DNA from: the human T2T-CHM13v2.0 reference genome, Homo sapiens
DNA: 64,000 nucleotides
Assembly: GCF_009914755.1 (NCBI RefSeq)
Contig: NC_060933.1
Strand: one strand, 5' to 3'
The notes below the pieces were generated by a model. That model ran no database searches, had not been told where the DNA came from, and saw nothing but the letters and a program-made list of their open reading frames with translations. The position numbers and the translations under genes were made by a program. This document shows, in pieces, positions 39,083 to 52,557 of the stretch (the first letter of the stretch is position 1; the number at the start of each line of letters is the position of its first letter).

Positions 39083-42000
39083 TGCATCACTTCACCTCAT
39101 CATTTCATCTCATTTCATCTTATCCCATCTCATCTCATCATTTCATATCATCTCATCATTTCATCTCATCATTTCATCAAATCTCATCTCATCTCATTTC
39201 CATTTCATTTTCATTATTTCATCATTTCATTTCACTATTTCATTTCATGTAATTTCATTTATTTCATTATGTCATTTCATATCATCTCATTTCATTTCAT
39301 GTCATATTTTTTATATCATTTTTCGTATCATTTTTCATCTCATTTCATCTCATGTCATATTTTTTATATCATTTTTCGTATCATTTTTCATCTCATTTCA
39401 TCTCAATTTCATCTCATCATTTCATCTCACCTCATCATTTCCTCCTTTCTTTTCAACATTTCATCTCATTTCCTCTCATCTCATTTCAATTTTATTTCGT
39501 TATTTCATCTCATTTCATTATTTCACCTAATTTCATTATTTCATCTCATCTCATCTCAATTCATCTCATCTCATCTCATCATTTCATCTCATCATTTTTC
39601 ATCTCATCATTTTTCATCTCATCATTTAATCTCATTTCATTTCATCTCATTTCAGCTCATTTCATGTCACATCTCTTCATCATTTCAACATTTCATCTCA
39701 TCATTTCATCTCATCTTTCAATTTCATTTCAATATCATCAATTCATCATTTCATTTCACTTCATTATTTCATTATTTCATTTCATTTCAATTCATCTCAT
39801 CATTTTTCATCTCATCATCTCATTTCATCATTTCATCTCATTTCTTCTCATTTCATCTCATTTTATCTCATTTCATCTCATCTCATTTCAATTTCATTTC
39901 ATTATTTCATTTCACTTCATTTCATTTCATCTCATCACTTTATCTCATCTCATTGCATCAAATCATTTCTCCTCATCTCATCTCATTTCATCATTTCATC
40001 TCGTTTCATCTCATTTCATCTCATCTCACTCACCTCATCATTTCATCTCATCCTTTCATTTCATCTCATCGTTTCATCTCACCTCAGCATTTCATCATTT
40101 CATCTCATCATTTATTTCATCTCATTTTATCTCATTTCATCTCATATCTCAATTCAATTTCCTTTCATTATTTCATTTCATCTCATTCATTTCATCTCAT
40201 TTCATTACATCTCATTTCCTCTCATCATTACATCTCATCTCATCTTATCATTTCATCTCATCATTGCATCTCATCATTTCATCTCATCATTCATCTCATT
40301 TCATCTCATCATTTCCATTTCATTATTTCATTTCATCATTTAATTTCATCATCTCATTTAATTTCACCTCATTTCATTATTTCATTTCATTTTTTCATTT
40401 CATTGTCATTTCATTTCATCTCATTACATTTCATCTAATTTCATTTCACCTCATTTCATCTCATCATTTCATTTCATCTCATCATTTCATCTTTTCATCT
40501 CATTTCATCTCATCATCTCATCAACTCTTTTCATCTTATCTCATCATTTCATTTCATCTCATCATTTCATCTCATCTCGTATCTTATCTCATTTCAATTT
40601 CGTTTCATTATTTCATGTCATCTCATCTCATCTCATCATTTCATCTCATCATTTCATCTCATCACCTCATCATTTCATCATTTTATTTCATCATCTCATC
40701 ATTTCATCTCATCTCGATTTTATTTCAATTTCATTTCACTATTTCATTTCATCTCATCATTTCATCTCACCATTTCATTTCATCATCTCATCTCATCATT
40801 TCATTTCATCATTCATCTCATCATCTCATCATTCATCTCATTTCATATCATCATTTTATCTCATCTATCATTTCATCTCATTTCATCTCATCTCATTCCA
40901 TCATTACATCTCATTTCATCTCATTTTATGTCATCATTTCATGTCATCATTTCATCACATCTCATCTCATCATTTCATCTCATCATTTCATCATTTCATC
41001 TCATTTCAACTCATTGCATCTCAGCTCATCATTTCCATTTCATTATTCCGTTTCATCATTTCATTCATTATGTCATTTCATCTCATATTTCATCTCATCT
41101 CATCATTTCATCTCATTTTATCTCATCTCATTTCATCATTTCATCTCATCATTTCTTACCTCATCATTTCCATTTCATTTTCATTTCATTATTTCATCAT
41201 TTCATTATTTTATTTCATCTCATTTCATTATTTCATTTCATTATGTCATTTCATTTCATCTCATTACATTTCATCTAATTTCATTTCACCTCATTTCATC
41301 TCATCATTTCATTTCATCTCATCATTTCATCTTTTCATCTCATTTCATCTCATCATCTCATCAACTCTTTTCATCTTATCTCATCATTTCACCATTTCAT
41401 CTCATCATTTCATCTCATCTCGTATCTTATCTCATTTCAATTTCATTTCATTATTTCATGTCATCTCATCTCATCTCATCATTTCATCTCATCATTTCAT
41501 CTCATCACATCTCATCATTTCATCATTTTATTTCATCATCTCATCATTTCATCTCTCATTTCGATTTCAATTTCATTTCACTATTTCATTTCATCTCATC
41601 ATTTCATCTCACCATTTCATTTCATCATCTCATCTCATCATTTCATTTCATCATTCATCTCATCATCTCATCATTCATCTCATCATTTCATATCATTTTA
41701 TCTCATCTATCATTTCATCTCATTTCATCTCATCTCATTCCATCTCATCTCATTCCATCATTACATCTCATTTCATCTCATTTTATGTCATCATTTCATG
41801 TCATCATTTCATCACATCTCATCTCATCATTTCATCTCATCATTTCATCATTTCATCTCATTTCAACTCATTGCATCTCAGCTCATTTCCATTTCATTAT
41901 TCCATTTCATCATTTCATTCATTATGTCATTTCATCTCATATTTCACCTCATCTCATCATTTCATCTCATTTTATCTCATCTCATCATTTCATCATTTCA

Positions 42001-44395
42001 TCTCATCATTTCTTCTCATCTCATCATTTCCATTTCATTTTCATTTCATTATTTCATCATTTCATTATTTTATTTCATCTCATTTCATTATTTCATTTCA
42101 TTATGTCATTTCATTTCATCTCATTACATTTCATCTAATTTCATTTCACCTCATTTCATCTCATCATTTCATTTCATCTCATTTCATCTTTTCATCTCAT
42201 TTCATCTCATCATCTCAACCCTTTTCATCTTATCTCATCATTTCATCATTTCATCTCATCATTTCATCTCATCTCGTATCTTATTTCATTTCAATTTCAT
42301 TTCATTATTTCATGTCATCTCATCTCATCTCATCATTTCATGTCATCATTTCATCTCATCACATCTCATCATTTCATCATTTTATTTCATCTTCTCATTT
42401 CATCTCATTTCGATTTTATTTCAATTTCACTATTTCATCTCATCATTTCATCTCACCATTTCATCATCTCATCTCATCATTTCATTTCATCATTCATCTC
42501 ATCATCTCATCATTCATCTCATCATTTCATATCATCATTTTATCTCATCTATCATTTCATCTCATTTCATCTCATCTCATTCCATCATTACATCTCATTT
42601 CATCTCATTTTATGTCATCATTTCATGTCATTTCATCACATCTCATCTCATCATTTCATCTCATCATTTCATCATTTCATCTCATTTCAACTCATTGCAT
42701 CTCAGCTCATCATTTCCATTTCATTATTCCATTTCATCATTTCATTCATTATGTCATTTCATCTCATCATATTTCATCTCATCTCATCATTTCATCTCAT
42801 TTTATCTCATCTCATCATTTCATCTCATCATTTCTTCTCATCTCATTTCCATTTCATTTTCATTTTATTATTTCATCATTTCATTATTTTATTTCATCTC
42901 ATTTCATTATTTCATTTCATTATGTCATTTCATTTCATCTCATTACATTTCATCTAATTTCATTTCACCTCATTTCATCTCATCATTTCATTTCATCTCA
43001 TCATTTCATCTTTTCATCTCATTTCATCTCATCATCTCAACCCTTTTCATCTTATCTCATCATTTCATCATTTCATCTCATCATTTCATCTCATCTCGTA
43101 TCTTATTTCAATTTCATTTCATTATTTCATGTCATCTCATCTCATCATTTCATCTCATCATTTCATCTCATCACATCTCATCATTTCATCATTTTATTTC
43201 ATCATCTCATCATTTCATCTCATTTCGATTTTATTTCAATTTCATTTCACTATTTCATTTCATCTCATCATTTCATCTCACCATTTCATTTCATCATCTC
43301 ATCTCATCATTTCATTTCATCATTCATCTCATCATCTCATCATTCATCTCATCATTTCATATCATCATTTTATCTCATCTATTTCATCTCATTTCATCTC
43401 ATCTCATTCCATCATTACATCTCATTTCATCTCATTTTATGTCATCATTTCATGTCATCATTTCATCACATCTCATCTCATCATTTCATCTCATTTCATC
43501 ATTTCATCTCATTTCAACTCATTGCATCTCAGCTCATCATTTCCATTTCATTATTCCATTTCATCATTTCATTCATTATGTCATTTCATCTCATCATATT
43601 TCATCTCATCTCATCATTTCATCTCATTTTATCTCATCTCATCATTTCATCATTTCATCTCATCATTTCTTCTCATCTCATCATTTCCATTTCATTTTCA
43701 TTTCATTATTTCATCATTTCATTATTTTATTTCATCTCATTTCATTATTTCATTTCATTATGTCATTTCATTTCATCTCATTACATTTCATCTTTCATCT
43801 CATAATTTCATCCATCATTTCATTTCATTTCATCATTTCATCTCATGATTTCATCTCATCTCATTATCTCATTTCATCTCATTATTTCATCTCATTTCAT
43901 CTCATCTCATTTCCTCATTTCATTTCACCATTACATCTCATCATTTCAACTCATCTCATTTCAATTTCATCATTACATTTCATAATTTCCTTTCATTATT
44001 TCATTTCATCTCATTTCATTATTTCATTTCATCTCATTTTTCATCTCATCATTTTTCATCTCATTTCATTTCATCATTTCATCTCATCGTTCATCTCATC
44101 TCATCATTTTATCTCATTATTTCATCTCATATCATCTCATTTCAATTTCATTATTTCATATCATTTCATTATTTCATTTCATCTCGTTTCATCTCATTTC
44201 ATCCATCATCTCATTTCATCTCATTTTATCTCATCTCCTCTCCTTTCAATTTCTTTTCAATTTTGTCATTTCGTCTCATCATTTCATCTCATCATTTCTA
44301 CTCACCATTTCATCTCAAAATTTCATCTCATCATCTCATCTCATCATTTCGTCATTTCATCTCATCATTTCATCTCAAGTCATCATTTCATCTAA
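39083..44395 (+). repeat. Complex CATTT/CATCT/CAT satellite-like array (~5.3 kb) with ~0.84-kb higher-order repeats
   Basis: Built from CATTT, CATCT and CAT words, with almost no G on the + strand. Rare landmarks recur at 820-860 bp spacing. Confidence 0.95.
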
Positions 44396-44499
44396 GTGAA
44401 ATGATGTAATGGAATCATGAAATGAAATGGATAGGATGCCCTCACTGATGTTAAATTTAAAAATTGTTTCTTTTCATGTATGCATTTTTATATTTATAT

Positions 44500-45025
<526 letters not shown>

Positions 45026-45414
45026 TAGGTATTATGAATATTCTGTACAGGAAACACACCCTTAATTACATAGGAATAAACATTTGTTACACTGAGAAAA
45101 ATCTAATAGAGCTAAAAATAAAAATTAATTTGGAAAGGTCATTAGATACTGATACATTCTTACGTTTATACATTCTTTCATATATTCATATATCCTTTTA
45201 ACAGTATCAATGGTTTGGAGTTACGTGTACAAAGCCATGACCCATATGTAATACAACTAATAACAGGCACTTACAATTCAAGGCATATTATATACAAAGC
45301 TTTAACTTCTTATCAAAATATTTTACTTTTTTCTTTCTGTTTTGGCAGATACTATGAACACAACATTCAACTCACAGACACCATGGAGCCCTTACTAAGC
45401 ATAAAGTACTGTGA

Positions 45415-47137
45415 AAGGCCAGGGCTAGGACAGAACTGAGACAGGGCCAGGGATAGGACAGAACTGGGGCAGGGTCATGGCCAGAGAAAAACCAGGGGCA
45501 GGGTCACAGCCAGGGACATGAGAGGACCAAGGCCAGGTCCAGAAGCAGGGAAGAACCAGGGCCAGGGCAGGGACATGGCAGGGCCAGGGCCATGGCAGGA
45601 TCAGCGTCAGCAGAAGGCCAGGGCAGGGCTAGGGTGGCACAGGGCCAAGGCAGGGCAGGGTCAGTGTAGAGCAAGGAACGGGCCAGGGTATGGCAGGGCA
45701 GGGACAGGGAGGTCCAGGGCCAGAGTCAGGTCCAGGACATGGACAGGGCAGGGCCAGAAACATGGCAGGACCAGAAAGGGGACAGGGCAAGGGCAAGGCC
45801 AGAGAAGGACCATGGGAAAAACATGGCCAGGGAGGGTCCAGGGCAAGGGCAAGTCCAGGGCAGAACCAGAGCCAGAGCAGGCCAAAGGCAGGGCCAGGGC
45901 AGGGCAAGGCCAGGATAGGGCAGGGCCAGTGTAGGGTGAGGGTAGGACCAGGGCGAGTTCAGGGCCAGGGCAGGACTAAGATAGCACAGGGCTAAGGCAG
46001 GGCCAAAAGGAGGGGCCAGGGCCAAGCATGGCCAGTGTCAGACCTGGGGATTGTCAGGGTCAGGGTCAAGGCTGGTCCAGGGACAGGGCCAGAGCAAGGG
46101 CAGGGCCAGGGAGAAAGCAGAACCAGAGAGGATCCAGAGCAAGGCCAGGGTCAGGGCAGAACCAGGACCAGGATAAGGCAAAGCCAAGGCCAGGGCAGGG
46201 CAAGACCAGGGAAGGGCAAGGCCAGGGTAGAAAAGGCCAGGGTAGGGCCAGGCCAGGGTAAGAGAAGGCCATGGTAGGGCCAAGGCCAAGGCAGGGCAGG
46301 GCTAGGGTAGCACAGGGCACGGCCAAAAACAGAGCAGGGCCATAGCAGTGGCAGGACTAGCAACAGGGCTAGGGCAAGCGCTGGACCAGAGCATGGTGGG
46401 GACAATATAGGGCCAGGACAGAGGATGGCAAGGCAGGTCCAGGGCCATTTCATGGACTCAGTAGGCCTGGGGTCAGGCCAGGGCAGGGCAAAGGCAAGGC
46501 CAGGAAGAAGGCAGGGCCGGGGCCAAGGCAGTGCCAGGGCAGGGCAGGACCAGTGCAGGGCCAATGCAGGGTGAGGGCAAGGCCAGGGCATGGAAGGGCA
46601 GGGCAGGATCAAGGAAGGGCCAGGAGAGGGCCACGGCAGGGTCATGGCGAGAACAAGGGTATGGCTGGGGTCAGGAATATGGTAGGATGAGGGCTGGGCC
46701 CAGGCTGGGGCACGCAGGGCAGAGCATGGTCTGTGCAAGGCATGGCCAGAGCCAGGCCATAGAGATGGGAGGGCAACACCAAGGCAGAGTCAGGGTAGAT
46801 CCAGGGCTGAGCAGAGTCAGGGCAGGTCCAGAGTCGAGGCAGAGCTAGGGCCCAAGCAGGGCCATGGTAGCACCAGGGCAGAGGAGGGCAGGGCAATGCA
46901 GGACTGGGCCATGGCAGTGCCTGGTCAACTCCGGGGCAGGGCCAGAAGCAGGACAGGGCCAGGGCCAATGCTCAGGCCAGGGACAGGACATGACAGGATG
47001 TGCCAGAGCAGGGCTGGGCCAACGTTGGGGCAGGGCAAATCAGACCAGGACACCTCCAAGTCCAGCTCTGGCCCTGCCTTGGCCCTGGCCCCTTCCTGGC
47101 CTGACCTTGTCCCTGGCCCTGCCCTATCCATGCCCTG
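45415..47137 (+). repeat. CAGGG-type degenerate G-rich repeat, block 1 (last ~75 bp inverted)
   Basis: Dense CAGGG/CCAGGG/CAAGG words, switching to CCCTG words at ~47062. Confidence 0.92.
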
Positions 47138-47189
47138 TGTGTTTGACCAGTGTTTTATAACCAGAATCCTACAAGAAACTTAAATTAGT

Positions 47190-47318
47190 TCTTTTTGTGC
47201 ATTTTTAGTAGAGATGGGGTTTCACAATGTTGCCCAGGCTGGTTCCAAACTCCTGAGCTCAAGCCATCTGCCTGCCTTGGCCTCCCAAAGTGCTGGGATT
47301 ACAGGAGTAATCTGGCCA
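47190..47318 (-). mobile_element. FLAM/Alu left-arm monomer in the AT-rich spacer (a MIR-like remnant follows)
   Basis: ATTTTTAGTAGAGATGGGGTTTCAC...CCTCCCAAAGTGCTGGGATTACAGG. Confidence 0.8.
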
Positions 47319-47599
47319 AGTATTTACCTTCTTTTTGCCTGTTTCCTACATTTGGAAAATGGGGATGCTTTAAGTACCTAGCATATAGAATTATTATGAG
47401 AATCAATGCCTCACATATTTACATGTTGATAAAATTATACTCATAGAACACTACTGGAAGCAAAGATAGTATTAGTTAAAATTTAGTGATTACTGCAAGT
47501 ATTATTACTATTACAAACAACATAGTATAGACATTACTACTACTATAGTTATCTTAAAAATCTAAAATAAAAATTTTAGTAATAGCCTAAAGTAATCTC

Positions 47600-50500
47600 T
47601 CCTGCTCTGCCCTGGCTCAGCCCTAGTGCTGGCTCTGCCCCTAGTCCTACTACATCCCTGGCCCTGACCCTTCCCTGGTCCAGCCGCTGCCCTGGCCCTT
47701 CCCATCTTCAGGCCTTAACATGGCCCTACCCTGGTCCTGACCCTGCCCTGGTCTGGTCCTGACCCTGGCCCTACCCCAGAGAAGGGGTATGGCAGAGCCA
47801 GGGAAGGGCCGGGGCAAATAAGGGACAGGACACATCCAAATCCAGGAACGGGCCAGGGCCATGACAGAGCCAGGGCGAGTCCTTGGCAGGGCCAGGTTCC
47901 AGGCCAGGACCAGGAAAATGTCATGGCAGGGTCACTGTATGGCCAAGGTCCAGGCCAAAGCCAAGGCAGTGGCAGGGTCAGGTCTGCATAAGGGCAGGAC
48001 CAGAGCCAGTGATACGGCAGGGCCAGGGCCAGGGCCAGGGCTGTGCCAGGACAGAACAAGAGCAGAGCAGGGCAGGACCACAGCCAGGCCATAGAGAGAG
48101 TAGGGCAAATGCCAAGGCAATGCCAGGGTAGTGCCAGGGCTGAGGCAAGGTCAGGGAAGGTCCAGGGCTGAGTCAAGGCTAGAACCAAGATGGGGCAAAG
48201 GCCGGGGCAGATCTAGGGCACAAGCGGGGCAGATCTAGGGCACAAGCAGGGCAAGCTAGGGCAGGGCAATGGCAAGACCAGGCCATGGCAGGGCCAGCCC
48301 AGGATAGAACAGGGCACAGGCAGGGCAGGGCCAGGGCCACGGCTGGGGCAGGACAAGGACCAGGACCGGGGTCCAGGCCAGGGCAAGGGTATGGCCAGGG
48401 CAGAGGTAGGGCCAGAGCCAGGGTCTGGGCAGGACCAAGGCAGGTCTATTGCAGGGCCAGGGTTCAGACCAGGGCCAGAGCAGGGCTGGGACAGGGCCAG
48501 GGCCAGAACCAGGAAAGGGCAATGTCAGGACAAGGGCCATGGCAGGACCAGCAACGGGGCTAGGACCAGTACAGGGACAGGGACAGGGTCAGGGCTAGGG
48601 CCAGAATAGCATGCCAGGGTAGAGCCAGGCCAAATTAGGGCCAGGGCTGGGCCAGGGTATGGCCTTAAGTAGTGAAGGGCCAGGGCCAGGGTCCATGCCA
48701 GTGCCAGCGCCGGTCCAGGGCAGACGCAGGGCCATGGCCAGGTCTAGGACAAGGCTGTGGCAGGGCCAAGGTCTGGGTCAGGGTCAGCATAAGACCAGGA
48801 CAGAGCCAGGGGAGGGACAGGGCCATGGTAAGACCAGGTTAAACCATGGACAAGACACCTGCAAATCCACTTCAGGGCCAGGGCAGGGCCAGTTCAGGGC
48901 CAGGGTAAGGGCTGCCAGGGTCATTGGCAGGGCCAGGGCCATGGCAGGACCAGGGTCAGGAGCAGGGGTCAATGCCAGGCCAAGGCCACAGATAGGACCA
49001 GGTCTGTGCTAGGGCCAGTGTGAGGGCCAAGACGGGGTCAGGGCAGGGCCAAAGGGAGGGCAGGGCCAGGGCAGGGTGGAGCAGGCCCAGGGTAGCACAG
49101 GGTTAAGGTAGGGCACGACCAACCAGGGCAGGTCTATGGCTGGGGCCGGGGCAGGGCCGGGGCCGGGGCAGGGCCAGAGCCAGGGCAGGGCCAAGACAGT
49201 GGCAGCTCCAGGGCAGGGCCAGGGTTAGGACCACGGACATGTCCAAGGCCAGTGCCAGGGCAAGGGCAAGGGCAGGGGCAGGGCCAGGGTCATCTAAGAA
49301 TTAGGGACAAAGCCAGGCCCAGAGCTGGGCCAGGACCGGTACCTGCAGGGCTAGGGTCTGGGCCAGGGCCACAACCAGGTCTGTGCTATGGCCAGGTCCA
49401 ACACAGTGCCCTGGTAAGGCTAGGGTGAAGGCCAAGGTAGGGCCAGGGCAGGGTCAAAGCCAGGCTAGGGCCAAGGCAGGGCCAGGAAAGCATAGGGCCA
49501 GGGCAGGGCAGGGCCAGGCCAGTGCCAAGACCTGGGCAGGGCCAGGGCCAGGGCCATAGAAACGGCCTGGGCAGGACCAGGTTTGGGGCAGGAGCAAAAC
49601 AAGGGCAAGGACAGTGCAGGTTCTTGGCACAGCCAGGGTCCAGGACAGTGTCAGGGCAGGGCCAAGGCAGGGTCTGGGCCATGGTAAGACCAGCAACAGG
49701 GCTGGGGCTAGGTCAGTGACAGGACCAGAGTCAGGGCAAGGGCCAGAGCAGGGCAAGGCCAGGGTAGGGCCAGGCATTTCAGGGTCAGGGCCATGGGAGA
49801 ACCAGGGCAAGGTCTCAAGCAGGGAAGGGCCAGGGCCAGGACAGGTCCAGGGCAGGGTCATGACAGGGCCAGGGGCTGCATTAGGGCAAGGGCAGGGCCA
49901 GAGCAAGGTAAGGGTCAGGGCCAAGGCTAGGGTAGGGACAGGGCAAGAAATATGGCAGGACCAGGGGCAATGCCAAGGCCAAGGCTGAGTCAGGGCTGAG
50001 TCAGGGCAGGGCAGGGCAGGGCATGGTATGGCCAGTGCAGGACAGGACAAGAGCCGGTCCACAGAGAGAGCAGGGCTGATGCCAAGAATGAGCCAGGCTA
50101 GTGCCAAGGCTGAGGCAGTGTCAGAGCATGTCCAGGGCAGGGCCGGGGCCAGGGCCAGAACCGAGCCAGGGCACAGCCAAGGCAGGGTAGGGCGGGGAAA
50201 TAGCGTGGCCGGGTCAGTACTGGGACAGGGCAGAGCAGGGCAAGGCGATGGTAGGGGCAGGGCAGAGACAGGCCAATGCAGAGCCATGTTACACCGGGGC
50301 CAGGACACCTCCAAGTCCACTTCAGGGCCAAAGCTATGGCAGGACAAAGACCAGGGCCAGGGTCAGAGCCAGGTCTGTGCTGGGCCTAGCGAAGACTAGG
50401 GTGAGGGCCAAGGCAAGGCCAGGGCAGGGTCAAAGGCAGAGTAGAGCCAGGGCAGGGTGATGACACATCCAGAGCACAGCAGGGCAGGGTGATGGCAAGA

Positions 50501-51290
50501 CCAGGGGCAGACCACTGCCAGCTCAGGGCCAGGGAAAGACCAGTGCAGAGCCAGGAAAGGGTCTGGGTCTGGGTCAGGGCCAGGAACAAGGCAGAGCAGG
50601 GCCAGGGCCATGGCAGAGTCAGGGCAGGTCCTTGACAGGACCAGGTTCCAGGCCAGGGCCAGGGCAGCAGCAGGGGCAGGGCCTGGATAAGGGCAGGGTC
50701 AGGGATATGGCAGGACCAGGGCTAGGGCCAGGGCCAGGGCCAGGCCATAGTGAGGGCAGGGCAAAAGCCAAGGCAGGGTCAGGGCAGGTCCAGGGCAGGT
50801 CCAGGAAGCGGCCAGCACCAAGCGGGGCCAAGGCACAACCAGCGCAGGGTAAGGCAGGGCAATGGCACCACTGGGCCATGACAGGGCCAGGTCAGTGCCA
50901 GGAGAGGGCAGAACAGGAAGGCCCATGGTGGGGCCAGGGCAGGGATGGGCCAAAGCAGAGCCAGGACATTTCCAAGGCCAGGTCAGGGCCAGAACAGGAG
51001 CAGGACCATGACCACTGGCAGGGCCAGTGCCATGACAGGACCAGGGTCAGGACAAGGGGCAGGGCCAGAGCCAAGGTCAGGCCAGTGCAGGTTCAGGGCA
51101 GGGCCAGTGCCAGGGCAAGACCAGGGCAGGGACAGGGTAGCACGGGGCCAAGACAGGGTCAGGATGGGACCAGAGCAGGACAGGGCTGAGAGTCCAGGTA
51201 ACAGTAGGGCAGGTACAGGGCAAGGCAGGGCAGTACAGGGCCAGATCCACGGCAGGCACAGGGCAAAGCCAGGCCCATTGCCAATGCACC
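47600..51290 (+). repeat. CAGGG-type degenerate G-rich repeat, block 2 (first ~175 bp inverted)
   Basis: CCCTG words at 47600-47775, then CAGGG words to ~51290. Includes a perfect 22-bp tandem duplication at 48204-48247. Confidence 0.92.
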
Positions 51291-51299
51291 AGCCCTCCC

Positions 51300-52557
51300 T
51301 ACAAGGCTCCTACCACCTGGCCACTGCTGCAGCCCGTCCATCGCTGTAAGCCTGATTCCCAACCCTGCCTGCAGCCGCCCGCCCTCCTAGCGTGGCCACT
51401 CTCCTACCGCTCTGGCGCACTGCAGTCTCCGTCACTGCCACCCACCCGCAGCGAGGTGAGCCGTGGTGTTGCAGGCTCTAGGTGTCTCCTCCTCCTCCTG
51501 GCATGGAGCAGCTGGGCGGGCAAAGCCAGAAAAGCCTAGAGGAAGTTGTGAGGAGTGGAAGCGTTAGAGCCTCAAGTTGTTGTGCCGGCCACTGGGTGGC
51601 AGGGGCCAGTTTCAGCAAAGGCACTCACACCCACCCTCCAAAGTCCAGCCTCTCCTTTTGGCCCAAGCTGGCTGGGAACTGGGGTCTGGGGTGGGTGCTG
51701 GAGACACCACAGCACCCAGCTCCCCACTCCACAGGAACCACTGGGCCCACCGGGGCTGCACTCCTCGGGGAACAGGAGAAGCAGAAAAATTCAGACCCAG
51801 CCAGCCCTCCACACCCAGGTGCCAATTCCTGTTCCGGATGCCTCCACACACAGGGCCCTGTTCCCCGTGGTGTCCCCAGGGGTGCCTGGCAGCCTCTGAG
51901 GCACAGACCCAGAGTGCACAGGCTCAGGAACCACGGTGGGTGTGGGGGCTCTGCCATGCTCAGGATTCCCATGCAAACGCTGCGTGCCCTGCCGCACTCC
52001 AGTATGACCAAGAGTGGTTCGCCCTCTGGAGTGTGGAGTCAGGGAGAGGAGAACCACTCCTTCCTTGGATGCCAACTCTGTTGACTGCCGCCAGCAGTGC
52101 AGCCCCTGATAGCACCGAACTCGCCCCCGCTCCACGGCTAGTCCTGCCCTCAATAGCGCCCCCCACCTCCGTCCCCCAATGCCGCCAGTAGCATATACCC
52201 GATATGCCCTAACCTGTCCTCCTCCATGGGCATTGCAGCCCCAGAAAGCACCCATAACCCACCCTCCCTGCTGTGGGCAGTGCAGCCCTGTGCAGTGCTA
52301 CCAACCAGTACCCCTAATGCAGGCAATGACACCCTGGATAGCGCCCCCAACCCACCCCACACTGCGAAAGGTGCAGCCCTGGATAGCCCCTGTCCTACCA
52401 CTCTGGTCATGCTGCAGTCTCTGTCACTGCCACCACCAACTACAGTGAGGCAAGCCAGTGGGCCGCAGGCTCTAGCTCCCAGCAGCCAGGCATGGAGCAG
52501 CTCTCGCTGATGGCCGGCTCCTACCACACTGACCATGCTGCTCTCTGTCTCCGTGGC
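51300..52557 (+). repeat. GC-rich pericentromeric repeat, ACRO1/ACRO-composite-like (REP522 is an alternative)
   Basis: Recurrent unit CCTACC(A/G)CTCTGG..CTGCAGTCTC(C/T)GTCACTGCCACC..GCAGGCTCTAG..GGCATGGAGCAGCT at ~51403 and ~52394, plus ~45-50-bp GCAGTGCAGCCCC..GATAGC units. The family name comes from recall only. Confidence 0.5.

Noticed and set aside
39036-44395. Very long ORFs (up to 954 aa) rich in S, H, F, I, L
   Set aside because: Artefact of a nearly G-free satellite in which stop codons are rare. Open in several overlapping frames, with no protein-like complexity.
39083-44395. Calling the array HSat2/HSat3
   Set aside because: Dominant words are CATTT/CATCT. CATTC is uncommon and the CATTCGATTC motif of HSat2 is absent.
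45518-51362. Dozens of overlapping GQG/PWP/ALAL ORFs on both strands
   Set aside because: Translations of the CAGGG repeat; no coding evidence.
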